Under the pieces are notes generated by a model. That model saw only the letters and a program-made list of their open reading frames with translations, did no database searches and was not told the origin of the DNA. A stretch of DNA of 64,000 bases from positions 98,270,001 to 98,334,000 of the forward strand of contig NC_091476.1 in assembly GCF_036971445.1 (NCBI RefSeq). Reading direction: 5' to 3'. Every line of letters begins with the position of its first letter. Within the stretch, counting starts at the first letter, position 1. A program made the position numbers and the translations under genes. Below, one piece after another: positions 51,015 through 64,000 of this stretch. The stretch comes from Narcine bancroftii. Its lineage: Eukaryota.

Positions 51015-51262
51015 ATGTTTGATATACAACATGGTAGCAGGCCTTCTGGCCCAGGGTAACAGGCCTGTACTGCTCAATTACACCCAATTGACCTAAAACC
51101 CCTGTACATTTTGAAGGGTGGGAGGAAACTGTAGCCACCAAAGGAAATGCACGCTGACACAGGGAGAACATACAAACTCCTTACAGACAGCACTGGAGTT
51201 GAACCAGGGTTGCTGTCTCTGTAACATTGTTGGACTAACCATTACAGTAACTGTGCAGCCCC
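51015..51262 (-). mobile_element. V-SINE (HE1-like)
   Basis: Reverse complement of the 1445-1682 family. Confidence 0.75.
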
Positions 51263-53722
51263 TATTTTGTTTTATTTTATTTTACAAGTTGCTCAGAGGC
51301 ACAACTGGTAACTTAAAAAAAAGTACTAATTTGTATTAGAATCAGGAGAAAAAAATTGAACTGTAGGAGGCATACATTTACTCTCCCCTCTTTTTTTTCC
51401 CTCCTTGATATCCCTCTTTCCCACTTTAGCCTAATGGGTCCCGAAACAAAATGTTGTCTGACCATTTCTACTCATGGATACTGCCTGGGGCGCTGAGTTC
51501 CCCCAGCTTCTCATTGTTTGCTAAAGAATTTTGACCATGACTTTCAAACATAATTCTTGTGACAATATTACCATCATTTTATTTCAAGAACTATGAGCAA
51601 CTCATAATGCATTAGGAAATTTAAATGTCAGAAATTTAGAAACAATCTATAAATTCACTCAGAAAGATGGTGTTTTCAGCTATTGTTCATATATACAATG
51701 ATTTTAATGACCAAACAACAATCTATTATGAAAGAGTTACTGGTGGTACCTGAAAGGGAAAGAAAACAAGAGTCAAGGGGTATGCATGGCAGCCTTTTCC
51801 ACCAAAGGCCACAGTTTCTTCTTTTAAATTCTTGTAATTTGGAAGTTGAGAGCAACAGCCAATCATTTTCAAAATCTGGATTGAGAAAAGCCATGAAAGT
51901 GTTTTATTTACAAAGTTTTTAAAATATAAAGCTTTGCGATTATGAAGTTTGGAAAAAGTTCATGCAAGTAAAATGTGAAACATTTTGATGCACAAATTAA
52001 AAGTAAATCAAGACAAGGTGATCTCGCTCTGTTGAATGATGAGAACTATTGGATCAATTTGCCAAAGAAACCAGCTGAAGAAGGCACGTAAATGGGTAAA
52101 GGCAAGAAAAAATACACGTGGATGGGACATATTGGGCTTGGTTCCATTCTCTATTATTGTATGACCTTCTTTGGAGTGCTAAAATTGAAAGTCAAGTCTA
52201 AAAAAATGTTTTTTATTCAAAAAAATAGTGTCTTTGAGTGTTGAACAAGGAAATTTACAATGTCAGCTTGATGGGAGAAGATTCCTAGACAAACTTCATC
52301 TTCTTATACATTAGACATCAGTTCTTTGAACCTTTACCCAGACTTGCATTGCACCATTTAATAACAAGATTACTACATTTTATTGAGGAAAGAAATACCT
52401 AAAAGGCATAGGAGTGACAGAGTCAAAGTGACACAAAGAAAAACAATTGTTATAGCACAGGAGGAACGAATGTATCAGACAGATCTGTGCTTTGGTCAGT
52501 GCTTAATCCTCAAAGCCAGTCCACAGGGTAGGCAGCTGACAATAACCAGACCAAAGATGACAGACGCATTGCTTGAGTTTACCATGTCTGTTTCTGAGCC
52601 TGTTTGGTCATGGTTCTGCTAATCACTTTACTTTTTGTTGCTTTTGCTGTTTCACTGATACATTTCAAATTCTCAATCAACACGATGAATGTCCTCTCTA
52701 ATAAGAAAGTGAAGAGGTAATATTAAACACTTAATTATCATCTAAGATCGGAAAGGGGTAGACACACATAAGTCACAGCTAGCATTAGTTGATTAGGTTC
52801 ATGAGCTGTAATATTAATGTGTCACTCAACTGTTCAACAATTCCTTTGGTTCACTTTTATCAAAATCAATTCATTGATAAGATGTAAGTACTCTCAATAC
52901 ACTTATTTAAATAAATGATAAAAATAATTTAAATGTGTTGTCACATTAAAGTTTTTTTAAGCCTCTTGTTGAATATATGTAGGCTAAGTTCCCATTGTTA
53001 TCATACAAATTATCATCCATTCATCGGATTTCACAATTACACATTAAACATTGCAAAATAACAACTACAAAGCAATAATCTCATAGTTAGAGAATATGAT
53101 AAAGCAAAAGTTAATGCTTGTAATTTCAACTGAACTCAGATATCATATACCAACACATTAAATATGTTATCTCCAAAAGTGTATGCAATGACTTTTGAAA
53201 ATACTTTTTGTATTGTTTAAAAATATAAACTTAGATATCGGTGCTACTGCTTAAAATTCATCTTTTTAGTTTTAAGAAATCAAGTCACTGAAGCAAACTT
53301 ATTCCCTAAAGAGTCCTGAAAGGTTCTCGCCTGATACTATCACAATAAATGTCACCAATTATCTTTTTTATTATGGAAAAATGAGAATTTATTAAAGAAT
53401 GTTTTGAATAAAAATCTGGAATGGGAATTTTGAGATACACATAATGGATTTGATTTTGTCTCTTATTTTCCAAATATTGGTAGGATTTTTTTTTAAAGCT
53501 AACACTCTGGTACTAAAATGCTGTCACAAAAGAAAATTTAAATTCCACATTCACCAAAATAAATTACCAAGCTACAAATCATGAGTACTGCAGTTTGGGA
53601 AGTGACAATATACTGGTATGGTGTAGTGTTCACGATCGTATGTTCAGTTCAATTTCACCTTTTCATTTTCGACTGAGATTTAATTAGATTCCCATCAATT
53701 CTCATTTGAAATGTATCCTGCC

Positions 53723-53905
53723 NNNNNNNNNNNNNNNNNNNNNNNNNNNNNNNNNNNNNNNNNNNNNNNNNNNNNNNNNNNNNNNNNNNNNNNNNNNNNN
53801 NNNNNNNNNNNNNNNNNNNNNNNNNNNNNNNNNNNNNNNNNNNNNNNNNNNNNNNNNNNNNNNNNNNNNNNNNNNNNNNNNNNNNNNNNNNNNNNNNNNN
53901 NNNNN
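53723..53905. other. Assembly gap (183 N)
   Basis: Run of N within a JHY intron. Confidence 1.
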
Positions 53906-54616
53906 TTACACTCATTATCTGTTTACAGTTTAAATGCATATGGGTGTTCATTTTTTTTTCACTGCCAATAAGTGGTAATTCTGCCTCGCCCATAGAAAAA
54001 AGAATCTCAAGATTGTATGCGATGTCATGCATGTACTCCGACAATAAATCTGAAATTATAGGACGTAAATAACTCTCAAATCTTAAAGAAACACTGGGAA
54101 ATCTTAAGTGGAGCAGTACTCTCAAAATGAGCAAACTTTTAACATTTCACATCTAGCTAGAAGCAAAGGAGCAATGTGGTAGAATTCTGAAGCACCTCTG
54201 GCAGCAAGATCTTCCAGAAGATAACAGTTAATTTTCTCTGAGGAGCAGTGCTTAAGGAGCTCCACAAGGAAGCTCTCACTTCCAGCTGCAGGGCTTTAGT
54301 TTCAATCCATGGTCATTGCATTGTAACCTGGTGTCCTGACCTGTGTCTCCAGTTTCTTTCTGGATGCAAAAGAGCCTATCAGAGATATCAGTTACTCAAC
54401 AATTGTGTTGCTGTCTTGGTCTTTTAAAGCAAACACTTCCATCATATTTCCTCATGTACAACTGAAAAGCAAGTTCTAGGATATGTAAAATCTAATTGAT
54501 TTACTGGAGTGTTGTTACCTTTGGCAATAATAATGAGAATTGATGTATGACAAAATTTTCATGAAGGTCTCATAATTATTAGGTAAAATACATGAAAAGG
54601 TTCGTTCAAATTTTAC

Positions 54617-54902
54617 CTTGAAGTGTTTCTTTTCCTTCAGTTTATTAACCTTCTCCATTTGTGCCAAGTAGCCATCTGAGTTAGAGCGCGTCAATGATGT
54701 TGGTATTTTCTTGTTAGTGTCCAGTTCAGAGGAACTCCCTGCCATTGGATCAATAAATGGCAACACCAGATGGGAGTCAGGGTGTGTCTGAGCCAGACGT
54801 GGGGTAGCTTTATAAATGTGCTCCATTTGCTGATTGAGATTTGTGCTTGGTGTCTGGACCAAATACTGCTGATACGAAGTTAGAAAGGGAAATGTAGGCA
54901 AC
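54617..54902 (-). CDS. JHY: JHY internal coding exon
   Basis: AAG| acceptor at 54903 and AAG|GTAAAA donor at 54616. Encodes LTRSNSDGYLAQMEK, matching the conserved JHY motif SRSNSEGYL.QLEK; 286 nt, phase 2-0. Confidence 0.9.
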
Positions 54903-55177
54903 CTTTAGGAAGTAGAAAGGAAATTAAATTAAGTTCTTTCAACTGGCTGTAGCTAGCCTGCTTCATTATTACAAAAATAGGAATTCTTACAGTGAACGTT
55001 CTAACAATTTGTAGTAGGCCTATGGATGTGGATCCTGTTCAATTCATAGAATAGGACAGAAGAATGCAAGAAAATAGGAGCATTAGCCTGGCTATCCTTC
55101 CAAACTGTCCCAACATTAAATTATGATCTCGTTGATTTTCTCCAGGTCTCAACTCCTGTTCTGACCCAGCTCACTAC

Positions 55178-55425
55178 AGACATGGTTCGTGTAGTGGTTA
55201 GCGCAAGGCTGTTACAGCGCCAGTGATTGGGACTGGGGTTTGAATCTGCGCTGTCTATAAGGAGTTCATAGGTTCTCCTATGTCTGTGTGGGTTTTCCCT
55301 GGGGGCTCCAGTTTTCTCACACCGTTCAAAACGTACTAGTGGTTGTAGTTCAATTGGGTGTAATTGGGCAGTATAGGCTCGTGGGCCAAAATTGCCTGTT
55401 ACTGTGCTGTATGCCTAAAAGAAAG
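55178..55425 (+). mobile_element. V-SINE (HE1-like), inserted in a CR1 remnant
   Basis: A-box-like GTAGTGGTTAGCGC, B-box GGTTTGAATC and V-domain-like core. Confidence 0.8.
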
Positions 55426-55834
55426 ACATCAATATACAATATTAAAGAAAAACAAACACTATTTTAAGTACTTCCACAACCCTCCAGGAATGGGACAATC
55501 ACATCTATTCTCTTATGACCTCTCTGGATCTTACATATTTCAATAAGAACACCCAAAATTCCTCTAAATTTCCAAGAATAAAGATCTAATGTTTTTAGCC
55601 TCTCATGGTCATGCAATCTTCTTAGCCCAGGGAATTCTCCTTTGGACTGGTTCCAATGTATTATTTAAAAAATAAAGGAACCAAAACTGTGCACAACATT
55701 CATGGTGTGACAGTATTTCATATTTATGAACTCCAAACCCCCTGCAATAAACATTGTATACACCTACTAACTTTTTGTTACTCAAGAACACCTAGATACT
55801 TTGTGCTTAACTAATGTGAAATCTTAAATTTTTA

Positions 55835-56005
55835 AAAATTTAGACATACAGCACAGCAACAGGCCCTTTCGGCCCATGAGCCCTATGTTGCCCATTTACA
55901 CCCAAATGACCTATAACTGGTACAGTTTGAAAGGTGGGAGGAAACCATAGCACCCGGGGAAAACACACACAGACATGGGGAGAACGGACCAACACCTTAC
56001 AGACA
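55835..56005 (-). mobile_element. V-SINE (HE1-like), partial
   Basis: Reverse complement of the same SINE family. Confidence 0.75.
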
Positions 56006-57051
56006 GATTACATTGTCTTTAAATTCCTCTTATTGAACTGCTTGACCTCACACTTTTCGATATTAAGTTCCAAGCCTTCACCCACTCACTCAACCTATGG
56101 CCTTATCACAACATCCTATTCCACCTATTTTTGTGTCATCAGCAAATATAAATATTTTCATTCTTATCCCTCTCCAGATCATTAGTATAAATACAAGCAA
56201 CCCATGTATTATGGGAACCTTTGACTCCTTTACGACTCAGAAACCTATCAACTTCTGTTTTAAATATACCCAGTGATGGCCTCCACTGCCATTTGTGACA
56301 ACAAATTCCAAGGATTCACCACCCTTCACCCTCTGGCTGTAGAAATGGAGGAATAAAAACATCATTATTTGAAAGAGGTAGTAAGGAGGCAAGACCATTG
56401 TGGGATCTGATAATAAAAATGCTGAGGTAAAAGCTTTTGTTAGGTGCCTCATTTTTAAAGTGGTCCTATTAGCAGTCTGAAATAGACAATACACTCAACT
56501 TAATCAACAAAATCTAGTTACAAAGCATCTATTCCACTGCAGATATTTTGTAGTTTGATCTTGCAAATATTCACCACTGTTTTTTTAAACAAACTTTGGT
56601 ATATTTGAATTTCTCAATGCCAATTTGTTGGAAGAAGACAACTGTTTTAGATTCTTAAAACAGATGAACGGAATTACGTGTTTTTTCTAATCAAGCCAAT
56701 GCTATGTTTTCCTTCATTTAAAGAAGTGAGGCTTTGTATTTGAGGCATTACTAGTTGCTTAATGATATTTAGTGTTCAGCAGCACTGAAAAAAAAATGCT
56801 GATAGCTACGTTGTTTTATATTTGTCCATTTATTTTTCCCTTTTGTGTCTTCCAATGTGCTGAATCTCAATTTTCTTGATGAATACATTCCAGAACATAA
56901 TTTTTTGCCTGCGGCAATATATACACACACACATATTGAACAATGGAATCTATCTTCTCCATGAGATACATTGATATTCTTCATGAGCTACCATTTAATA
57001 ACCACAATACATCTTTCATAAATGATCTCTCACCACAGCATGGTTAGTGTA

Positions 57052-57300
57052 AGGGGAGCACTGTTAGCACAGCAGTTAATACATCACTGTTGCAGTGCCA
57101 GCAATTGGGGTTTGAATCCAGAGGTGGCTGTTAGGAGATTGTCTGTCCTCCCCATGACTACATGGGTTTCCACCAAGCACTCCAGTCTCCTCCCACACTT
57201 CAAAATATAGGGAGTTTGCATGTTAATTAGTGCATTTGTGGGCAAGGGCTCATGGGTCAGAGGGCCTGTTAATGTGCTGTATGTAAAAATTTAAAAATAA
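57052..57300 (+). mobile_element. V-SINE (HE1-like)
   Basis: B-box GGTTTGAATCC, V-domain-like core and A-rich tail. Confidence 0.75.
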
Positions 57301-57400
57301 TCAACCTTCCGATATATATATTTTAATTAACACTACTTTGATTTTATTACAAATGTTGATTCTATTAAAGTTTATTAAGTGACTATTTTTTTTTGCTTAC

Positions 57401-58170
57401 CCTGAATTCCCATATTCCTTTCCAAAGTAGTTGAGATCTCTCATTTTTTCCTGATTGACGGAGTAAGGTATTGGATTTGTCTGGGGATGACTGTAAAAAC
57501 CTGGACCTAATGCACATTGGTGATAGCTAGGATTGACCATTAGATTATGATGGGTCTGTGCAGAGAGTACTTGGAAAGGGGCTTGGGCATTACTCATGGG
57601 CTGATGTTGTGCATTTTCGAGAGCACGCAAGGTTGTTGAAAATTTTGATGGGCTACTATTGTATTGATGTGGATTATGAGTAGTCCTTTGATGGTACTGA
57701 AAATATGGAACTGGATTGGGTGGCTGCACTGCATTGTAAACATTGTAGCTTTTGTAATCTGAAGAACTTTGGCTTGTTGGATGATGTGATGGGACTAGCC
57801 TAACCGTTGTTTGTGCATTGTCACCAGATAAAGTTGGGAGAATATCAGAAGAAGTATTTAAATGAATATTGAGATTCACTGTTGGTTGAAAGTTGGGAAT
57901 AAGAGCAGGAGCAACTTGACTAAGTGATGATGAAGTATTGTTACTGCAAGGAGTCAACGGAACACTAGTATCTCTGTGAAGTATTAGCAACTCAGATGTA
58001 TTTTTATTCTGTTGAGCCATCATATTTTCAACATGTTCCAGCTCCGCCTCATGGTGGATTTTCTGCTCCTGCTGTTTACTTGAAGGCTTATTAGGTGGTC
58101 GTGGGGGTTTTCCTCTCACCCCATAGGTCAATTCTTTGTTTTTGGTAGATAACTGTTTTATCTTGCAATT
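57401..58170 (-). CDS. JHY: JHY large internal coding exon (low-complexity Q/N/S/P/H-rich)
   Basis: TTTTTTTCAG| acceptor at 58171 and GG|GTAAGC donor at 57400. 770 nt open frame; the phase 2 end matches the next exon. Confidence 0.85.
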
Positions 58171-59039
58171 CTGAAAAAAATCAAATCATAAAAATACAGC
58201 ACATAAATATCAAAATATTGAGGGTTTTTTTCTTATCTGTTCATTTCCCCAATTGGATAAATAAGCAATTTACAATTAAAAATCAAAAGGACTGAGATTA
58301 TTTAAAGTGATTATTGTGTGATAGGCATGAAAATGGGGGATCAGTTCATGTTAAATAAACAAATGTGCAAATTAAGATCCTGTCACGGGTTGTGAGATCT
58401 TCATGTACAAAGAGGTAGACAACATGCAATGTATTAGGTGCTCAGTGACCCAACTTGAAATCATTAAAGGGTTGTATTGTAGGTTCTCAATAAACAGGTC
58501 AGAAATCATTTGCTTATTTTGCTTGACAGGAACAGCTGCCATTTTCTTATTGGGATTCTCAGGAGACCAGCTGATTGCTAAGCCTTTTGAGGTTTCTTCT
58601 GAGGATTACTCATCGTCAATAAGCCACTCATTATCCAACAACTAGGCAGTCAAATTACCCACTCTACTGAATTCATGGTTTTTCAACACCACTTGAAAAC
58701 ACGCAAAAATCAAAATCTTCCAAGGCAATTAGTTACATGCAAAGAAGTAAATTTTCATTGGGATGGAAACAAATCCCTAATATCATTGAGCTATAGCACA
58801 GAAAGTGCAGAAATGTAAAAGGAGATTAGTTAGTGGTCGTCATACACATGAGCACATGGCACTTCGAATTTTGTACATTTTCTTTTAAAGTAAATGTTAT
58901 TTATTTGTTTTTGTCAAGCAATGTCATGCTTAAAGGCCGACTTAATGACAACTCCACATCCACAACCAAGACTCAAATGATCTCTTGAGTGCGGGTTTGC
59001 ACTTCTGATTTTGAGCTTGATATATTTCTGCTGTGTGAA

Positions 59040-60305
59040 AACATATGATATAGAAACAGCACTAGGACCAAGCTCTCATTTGATAAGATAACTGTCGATC
59101 TTTTAACTTAGAATCACTTTTCTGTATAACTGCAAGTCTCTTGATTACCATACAATGCAAATATTTATTTATATATTTAGTGACTGAGTCTCGACAGCCC
59201 CTTGGGTTCAGAAGGAAAAAAAAAGTGATAATCTTCTCAGTGAAGAATTTTTCTATCATCTCAATCCTGAATGGTAGACCTCTTATTTTGAGATTGGGAC
59301 TCATGATTCTAGATACCATGGCCAAGGAACACGTCATTGCTGCCCTCTCCCTGTCAAGCCTGAAATATTTTGTATTTTTCAATAATTTTGTCCCTCATTT
59401 TCTAAACTCAAAAGAATGAGGTCCAAGCTGTCCACAATACACATCATGGATAAAGGGAGCAAATGTTTTTTATATATATTCAATTTTGATGTTGATATTT
59501 GCAATGTGGTAGTGTTGGTTGCGTGGAGGATAAGAAAGAAGTTTCATTAGATATTGACAGACTGAGGGAATGGACAAGAAACATAAAAGAGATAAAATGT
59601 GCATTTATCAATGTCAATAAAAAAATAGAAATGTTAAGTATTTAGTCAATAAGAAATAGGAGCCAGTCTAGGTCATCTGGCTCATTGAACCTGCTCCACC
59701 TTTCAATAAGATCATGGCTGATCCAGTCATGGACTCCATTTATCCACTTGTTCCCCATAACCCTTAATTCCCCTACAATGGAAAACTCTGTAAATTGTGT
59801 CTTAAATATATTTAATGAGGGAGCCTCTACAACTTTATTGGGCAGAGAATTCCCCAGGTTCACAACTTTTTGAGAGAACCAGGTCTTCCTCAACTCGGTC
59901 TTAAATTTACTCCCTAAATCTTGAGATTATATCTCCTTGTTCTAGTATCATCTGCCAGTGAAAACATCCTCCCTGCACCAATCATATCAATTCCTTTCAT
60001 GTTTCCTATGTTTCTATAACATAATTTTTCCAAACTTAAATGAGTATAGTCCCAGGCTACTTGATCTTAGTCTCCTCATAAACTAACCCCTCATTTTGAG
60101 AATCAACATGGTGAATTTCTTATGCATCACCTCCAAGCCACTACAGCCTTTCTTAAGCAAGACCAGAATTACACACAGTACTCCAGATTTGGCCTCACCT
60201 GTATCCTGTACAGTTGTAGCAGAACCTCCCTTTTAAATTCAATCCTTCTTGTAATGAAGGCCAACATCTCATTAGCCTTTTTGATTACTTTCTGCACCTC
60301 TAAAC
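59040..60305 (-). mobile_element. Two CR1 LINE 3' fragments (about 59040-59420 and 59645-60305)
   Basis: FFTEKII and FSQKVVNLGNSLP C-terminal motifs with CR1-type 3' tails. Confidence 0.75.
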
Positions 60306-60397
60306 TTACTTTAAACACCTATTTAAATCATTATATTTTGAATGACACTAGTCAAAAACATATTAAATTATAGAAGTGTATAAATAATCCACCTAAC

Positions 60398-60517
60398 CTG
60401 TAACATCTGTGCTCTTTGATTCCATTTCATTTCAGTACTGCAGTTCTCCTCAACATCCCTAGTATTTTCCTTGGACACTGCAATAGTCATGGTCTTGAAA
60501 CTTTTTGTTGTGGGTAC
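60398..60517 (-). CDS. JHY: JHY (jhy protein homolog / C11orf63) internal coding exon, not in ORF track
   Basis: Minus-strand ATAG|GTA...CAG|GTTAGG, 120 nt, phase 0-0. Encodes VPTTKSFKTMTIAVSKENTRDVEENCSTEMKWNQRAQMLQ, resembling the recalled JHY motif EDKWHQRAQQLK. Confidence 0.85.
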
Positions 60518-60608
60518 CTATGGTCATAAACAACTGGTTTGAAGATCTGATTATTTTATCATCTTGAATATAGTCATTTCAATGTAAATTAAATCCACAC
60601 CCATATTA

Positions 60609-60787
60609 AAATTGTTAACTATCCAAGCTAGGCATATTTCCAATAAGATTCCTCATGAAGTCTCACTATGTCAGCATAAAACTTAGGAGGACTACATTCA
60701 AATTTGTTAACCATCTTAGCAAGGCATATTTCCCACAAGATTCCTCATGAAGTCTGAGTGTGTCAACAGAAAAAATAGGAAGACTAC
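60609..60787. repeat. Diverged tandem duplication, about 90 bp x2
   Basis: AGGCATATTTCC..AAGATTCCTCATGAAGTCT..GACTAC repeated at about 60609-60696 and 60700-60787. Confidence 0.85.
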
Positions 60788-60799
60788 TGTTAAAAAAAA

Positions 60800-61982
60800 C
60801 AAATCCGGTAAAGTAGCAGATGGCAAAGTTTATCTCCCAGAGGACCTCAATGCCTTCTACACCTGATTAGATGACAGTAACAGTGAAGAACCACCTCTCC
60901 ACACCCCCATGTCACCTTATGATCTTATCCTGTCTGTATCTGAGGAGGTGGTGTGTGCTGCCTTCAGGAGAGTGAACCCAAAGAAAGTATCTGGCCTGGA
61001 TGGAATACCTGGCCAAGTATTAAAAATCGGTGATGATCCAGCAAGGTGTGGTACCCATTTGTTTAAAACAGGTGTCAATCATATTGGTGCCCAAGAAGAG
61101 TGTAGTAACCTGCCTTAATAATATCGACTAGCAGCACTTACATCAACAGTGACGAAGTGTTTTGAAAGGCTGGTGATGAAGTATATCAGCTCCTGTCTGA
61201 GCAATGATGTGGATTCATTTCAGTTTGCATATTGTAGTAACAGGTCTATGGCAGATACCATCTCACTGGTCTGCACAAAGCCTTGGACCACCTGAACAGC
61301 AAAGATGCATACTTGTACATCAGGATGCTCTTTATTGACTACAGTTCAGCATTTAACACCATCATCTCCTCAAAACAAACTCCAAGACCTGGGAGTAACA
61401 CACCTCTGTGTAATTGGATCATGGATTTCCTCACGTCCAGATCACAATCAGTGAAAATTGGTGATAACTTCTCCTTCACAATCTCCATCAATATTGGAAC
61501 AGCACATGGGTGTGTTCTTAGCCCCCTGCTCTACTCATTTACACCTCTGACTGTGTGGCTCGATACAGCAATAACACCATCTAAAAATTTGCCGACGATA
61601 CCATGGTAGTGAGTTGATTAAAGGATGGGGATGAATCAGCATACAAGATAGAGATTAAAAACTTGGCTGAATGGTGCAGCTACAATAACCTTGCACTCAA
61701 TGTCACCCAAAACTAAGGAGCTGATTGTTGACCAGGAAAGGAAAGCCAGAGTTATACAATCCAGTGATCATTGGGAGATCTGAGGTGGAGAGGGTGAGAA
61801 AATTTAAGTCCTTGGGAGTCACTATCTTGGAGGATCTTTCCTGGACCCAATACACAAAGACATTGTGAAGAAAGCACATCAGCACCTCTACTTCCTCAGG
61901 AGTTTGTGGAGGTTTGGTATGACATCAGAAACCGTGGCAAAATTCTATAGAGGTGCGATGGAAAGTGTCCTGACCAGCTGAC
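60800..61982 (+). mobile_element. Rex1/Babar LINE RT fragment
   Basis: [28 protein letters not shown] and GTAHGCVLSPLLYS motifs; frameshifted. Confidence 0.88.
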
Positions 61983-62178
61983 CTTTAACAATTCTCTTTG
62001 ACTTCATCCAAGACAAAATAGCATTTTTGATTGGTATTCCCTCCAAATGCTGCAGCATCTACAAAGTATATTGCATTTACACACGTAAGCATCTTCCAAG
62101 CTCACAATCTCCACCCACCACAAAAGGTACAGTAGATGGATGGGATATCACTACTTGTATGTTCCCTTCTGTTTTCTG

Positions 62179-62871
62179 TGTAGGAGACATGACCTCCCTG
62201 TCTATTGCTAGTGGTCACGTGGCCTCCCTACCTGAAACTCATTTGGAAGTCACATCACCTGTCAGTATGAGGTATACTTTTGTTCTACTCAAAGTTACAA
62301 AGTTATAGACAAAGTTATGAATTGCAGGTGTAGAGACAATTAAGATTGGGCTCAGACCACTGGTCAGTGAACACCTTGCCATTGGCTGGTTCAAATCACC
62401 TAGCATCCTTATTGGTTAGAGCCCTGTATTTAGCACCAGCACAGAGAACATTCGCTCTCTCTGCCTTATGGTGATAGCCCCGGACACCACTCCATGCTTG
62501 GTTGCTACTGAAGACGTCGTTTGGAAGGGTCGCAGGTAAGGTGCACATTGCACTGAAGCTGAGCCATGGTATTGCTTAGCTCAAATTACAATAGACCAAT
62601 ACTGGCAGTAGAGCCACTACTCTCAACTGATCAGGGATCCGAGGGTGTGTGCATTCCCCTGTGGGTACAGTGGTACCAGATCCTCCTCTCAACTGATCAG
62701 GGGTCCAAGAGTGTGCGCATACTCCTGTGGGTACAGTGGTACCAGATCCACCTCCTCTTATTCAAGGATCTGGAAGGGTGTGTATAACCCCTGCTTAATA
62801 ATTGTGTACTTTAACATTCTCCTCTTCCCATGCTTATAAGTTGTGTGCGTATGTTCCCAAGCTCTCTTATA
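62179..62871 (+). mobile_element. Probable solo LTR with an internal 66-bp tandem duplication (about 62620-62755)
   Basis: TGTAGGAGA / TCTCTTATA imperfect inverted termini, two ATTGG boxes, and CTCTCAACTGATCAGGG..GTGGTACCAGATCC twice. No TSD seen. Confidence 0.45.
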
Positions 62872-62879
62872 GATAATGA

Positions 62880-64000
62880 AATACCTCTCTCAATCTCCAT
62901 CATTGATGTATGGGCCATCCTGAGTAGCGTGAATGTACAGAAGACAGATGGTCCGGATGGCATACCTGGCCGTGTGATAAGAGCCTGTGCAGAACAAGTT
63001 GGCTGGGGTTTTTATGGACATTTTTAATCTGTCCCTACCCCAGGCAGTTGTTCCAACAAGCTTTAAGACTACTACCATTGTGGCTGTGCTGAAGTGGTCT
63101 ACCGGTATGTCTAAATGACTATTGTCCAGTTGCACTCAGCCCCATCATTATAGTGCTTTGATAGGTTGGTCTTCTCTTATCTGAAATCCTGTTTGCCTGC
63201 CACTATGGATTCTCATCAATTTGTCTACCGTACTAACATGTAACTGAGGATGCTATTTCAACAGTGGTTCACTCTGCTTTGTCTCACTTGGACAGCTCTA
63301 ACACTTATGTTAGAATGTTATTCATCGACTATAGCTCAGTTTTCAACACTGTTGTCCCCTCTAAGCTGATAACCAAACTTCATCTGCATGGTATCAGCCC
63401 ATCCTTTTGTAATTGGATTTTGGGCTTCCTAGCAGACCTAATAGAACTCAATCTGTTAAGCTGGGCAATATTTTCTTTTCCATTCTTACCAGGGTTGTGC
63501 GTTCAGCCCTCTTTTGTATTCTCACTTTACCTCTGACTGCGTTCCTATGTATAGTACAAATTTAATAATCAGGTTTGTAGATGACACTACAGTGGTAGGC
63601 CTGATTAAAGGGGATGATAAAACAGCCTATAGGGATGAGATTGAGCACCTGGCCTGGTGCTGATAACAACCTGACACTTAACACTCAGAAGATCAAGGGG
63701 ATCATCATGGACTTCAGGCATGCCAGAAGTCACATTCACATCCCAATTTACATCATTAGAGTGGTGGTGGAGCATTTACTGAGCTTTAAATTCATTGGGA
63801 TCCATATCTCTGAAGATCTCACTTGGTCCTTGAATTCCAAATTTCTGATTAAAAAGGCACAACAGCGTCTTTATTTATTATGAGTAGCATGAGGGAGATG
63901 CACACCTCTGCCTCAGGATACTGTTGGATTTCTATAGATGCACAATTGAGAGCATGCTAACATAAGGTATTTCTGTGTGGTATGGGAATTGTATTGCACA
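62880..64000 (+). mobile_element. Rex1/Babar LINE RT fragment running off the window
   Basis: [31 protein letters not shown] and KKAQQRLY motifs; frameshifted. Confidence 0.88.

Noticed and set aside
53655-54134. ORFs spanning the N run
   Set aside because: Artefacts of the assembly gap. The flanking JHY exons (54617 and 46881) already join in phase, so no exon is required here.
58400-58680. Possible additional JHY exon
   Set aside because: I found no convincing spliceable frame with JHY similarity, and exons 60398 and 58170 join in phase without it.
62620-62755. Direct repeats as a CRISPR-like array (also 27039-27214 and 19811-20017)
   Set aside because: Only two units each, no unique spacer series, no cas genes, and all lie within eukaryotic transposons.

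Overview
This is eukaryotic vertebrate genomic DNA, most likely from a cartilaginous fish (shark or ray). That call is inferred from HE1/V-SINE-like repeats, CR1, Rex1/Babar, RTE and Penelope content, and protein divergence. The window holds the complete 3-exon homeobox gene BSX (+ strand, CDS 12212-16771, 236 aa) and, convergent with it, the 3' six coding exons of JHY/C11orf63 (- strand, 60517-42424, 538 aa partial). Two JHY exons are absent from the ORF track and were found by hand translation. This tail-to-tail arrangement matches the BSX-JHY synteny known in tetrapods. BSX sits in a roughly 10 kb AT-rich but CpG-undepleted domain with clusters of Otx/Crx, E-box and D-box motifs. The rest is transposon-rich. 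It includes a nest in which a CR1 carries a Gypsy provirus (itself carrying a solo LTR) and a hAT element, both LTRs and hAT resolved by target-site duplications (TSDs). There are also young RTE LINE copies with unusual insertion structures, a Helitron remnant with four 23-aa STPR-like repeats, a Penelope remnant and a 183-nt assembly gap. I found no CRISPR, prokaryotic system or intact novel gene. The best leads are the candidate pineal/circadian regulatory elements of BSX and the transposon-mechanism footprints. Family and gene names come from recalled motifs, not database searches, and repeat boundaries without TSDs are approximate.
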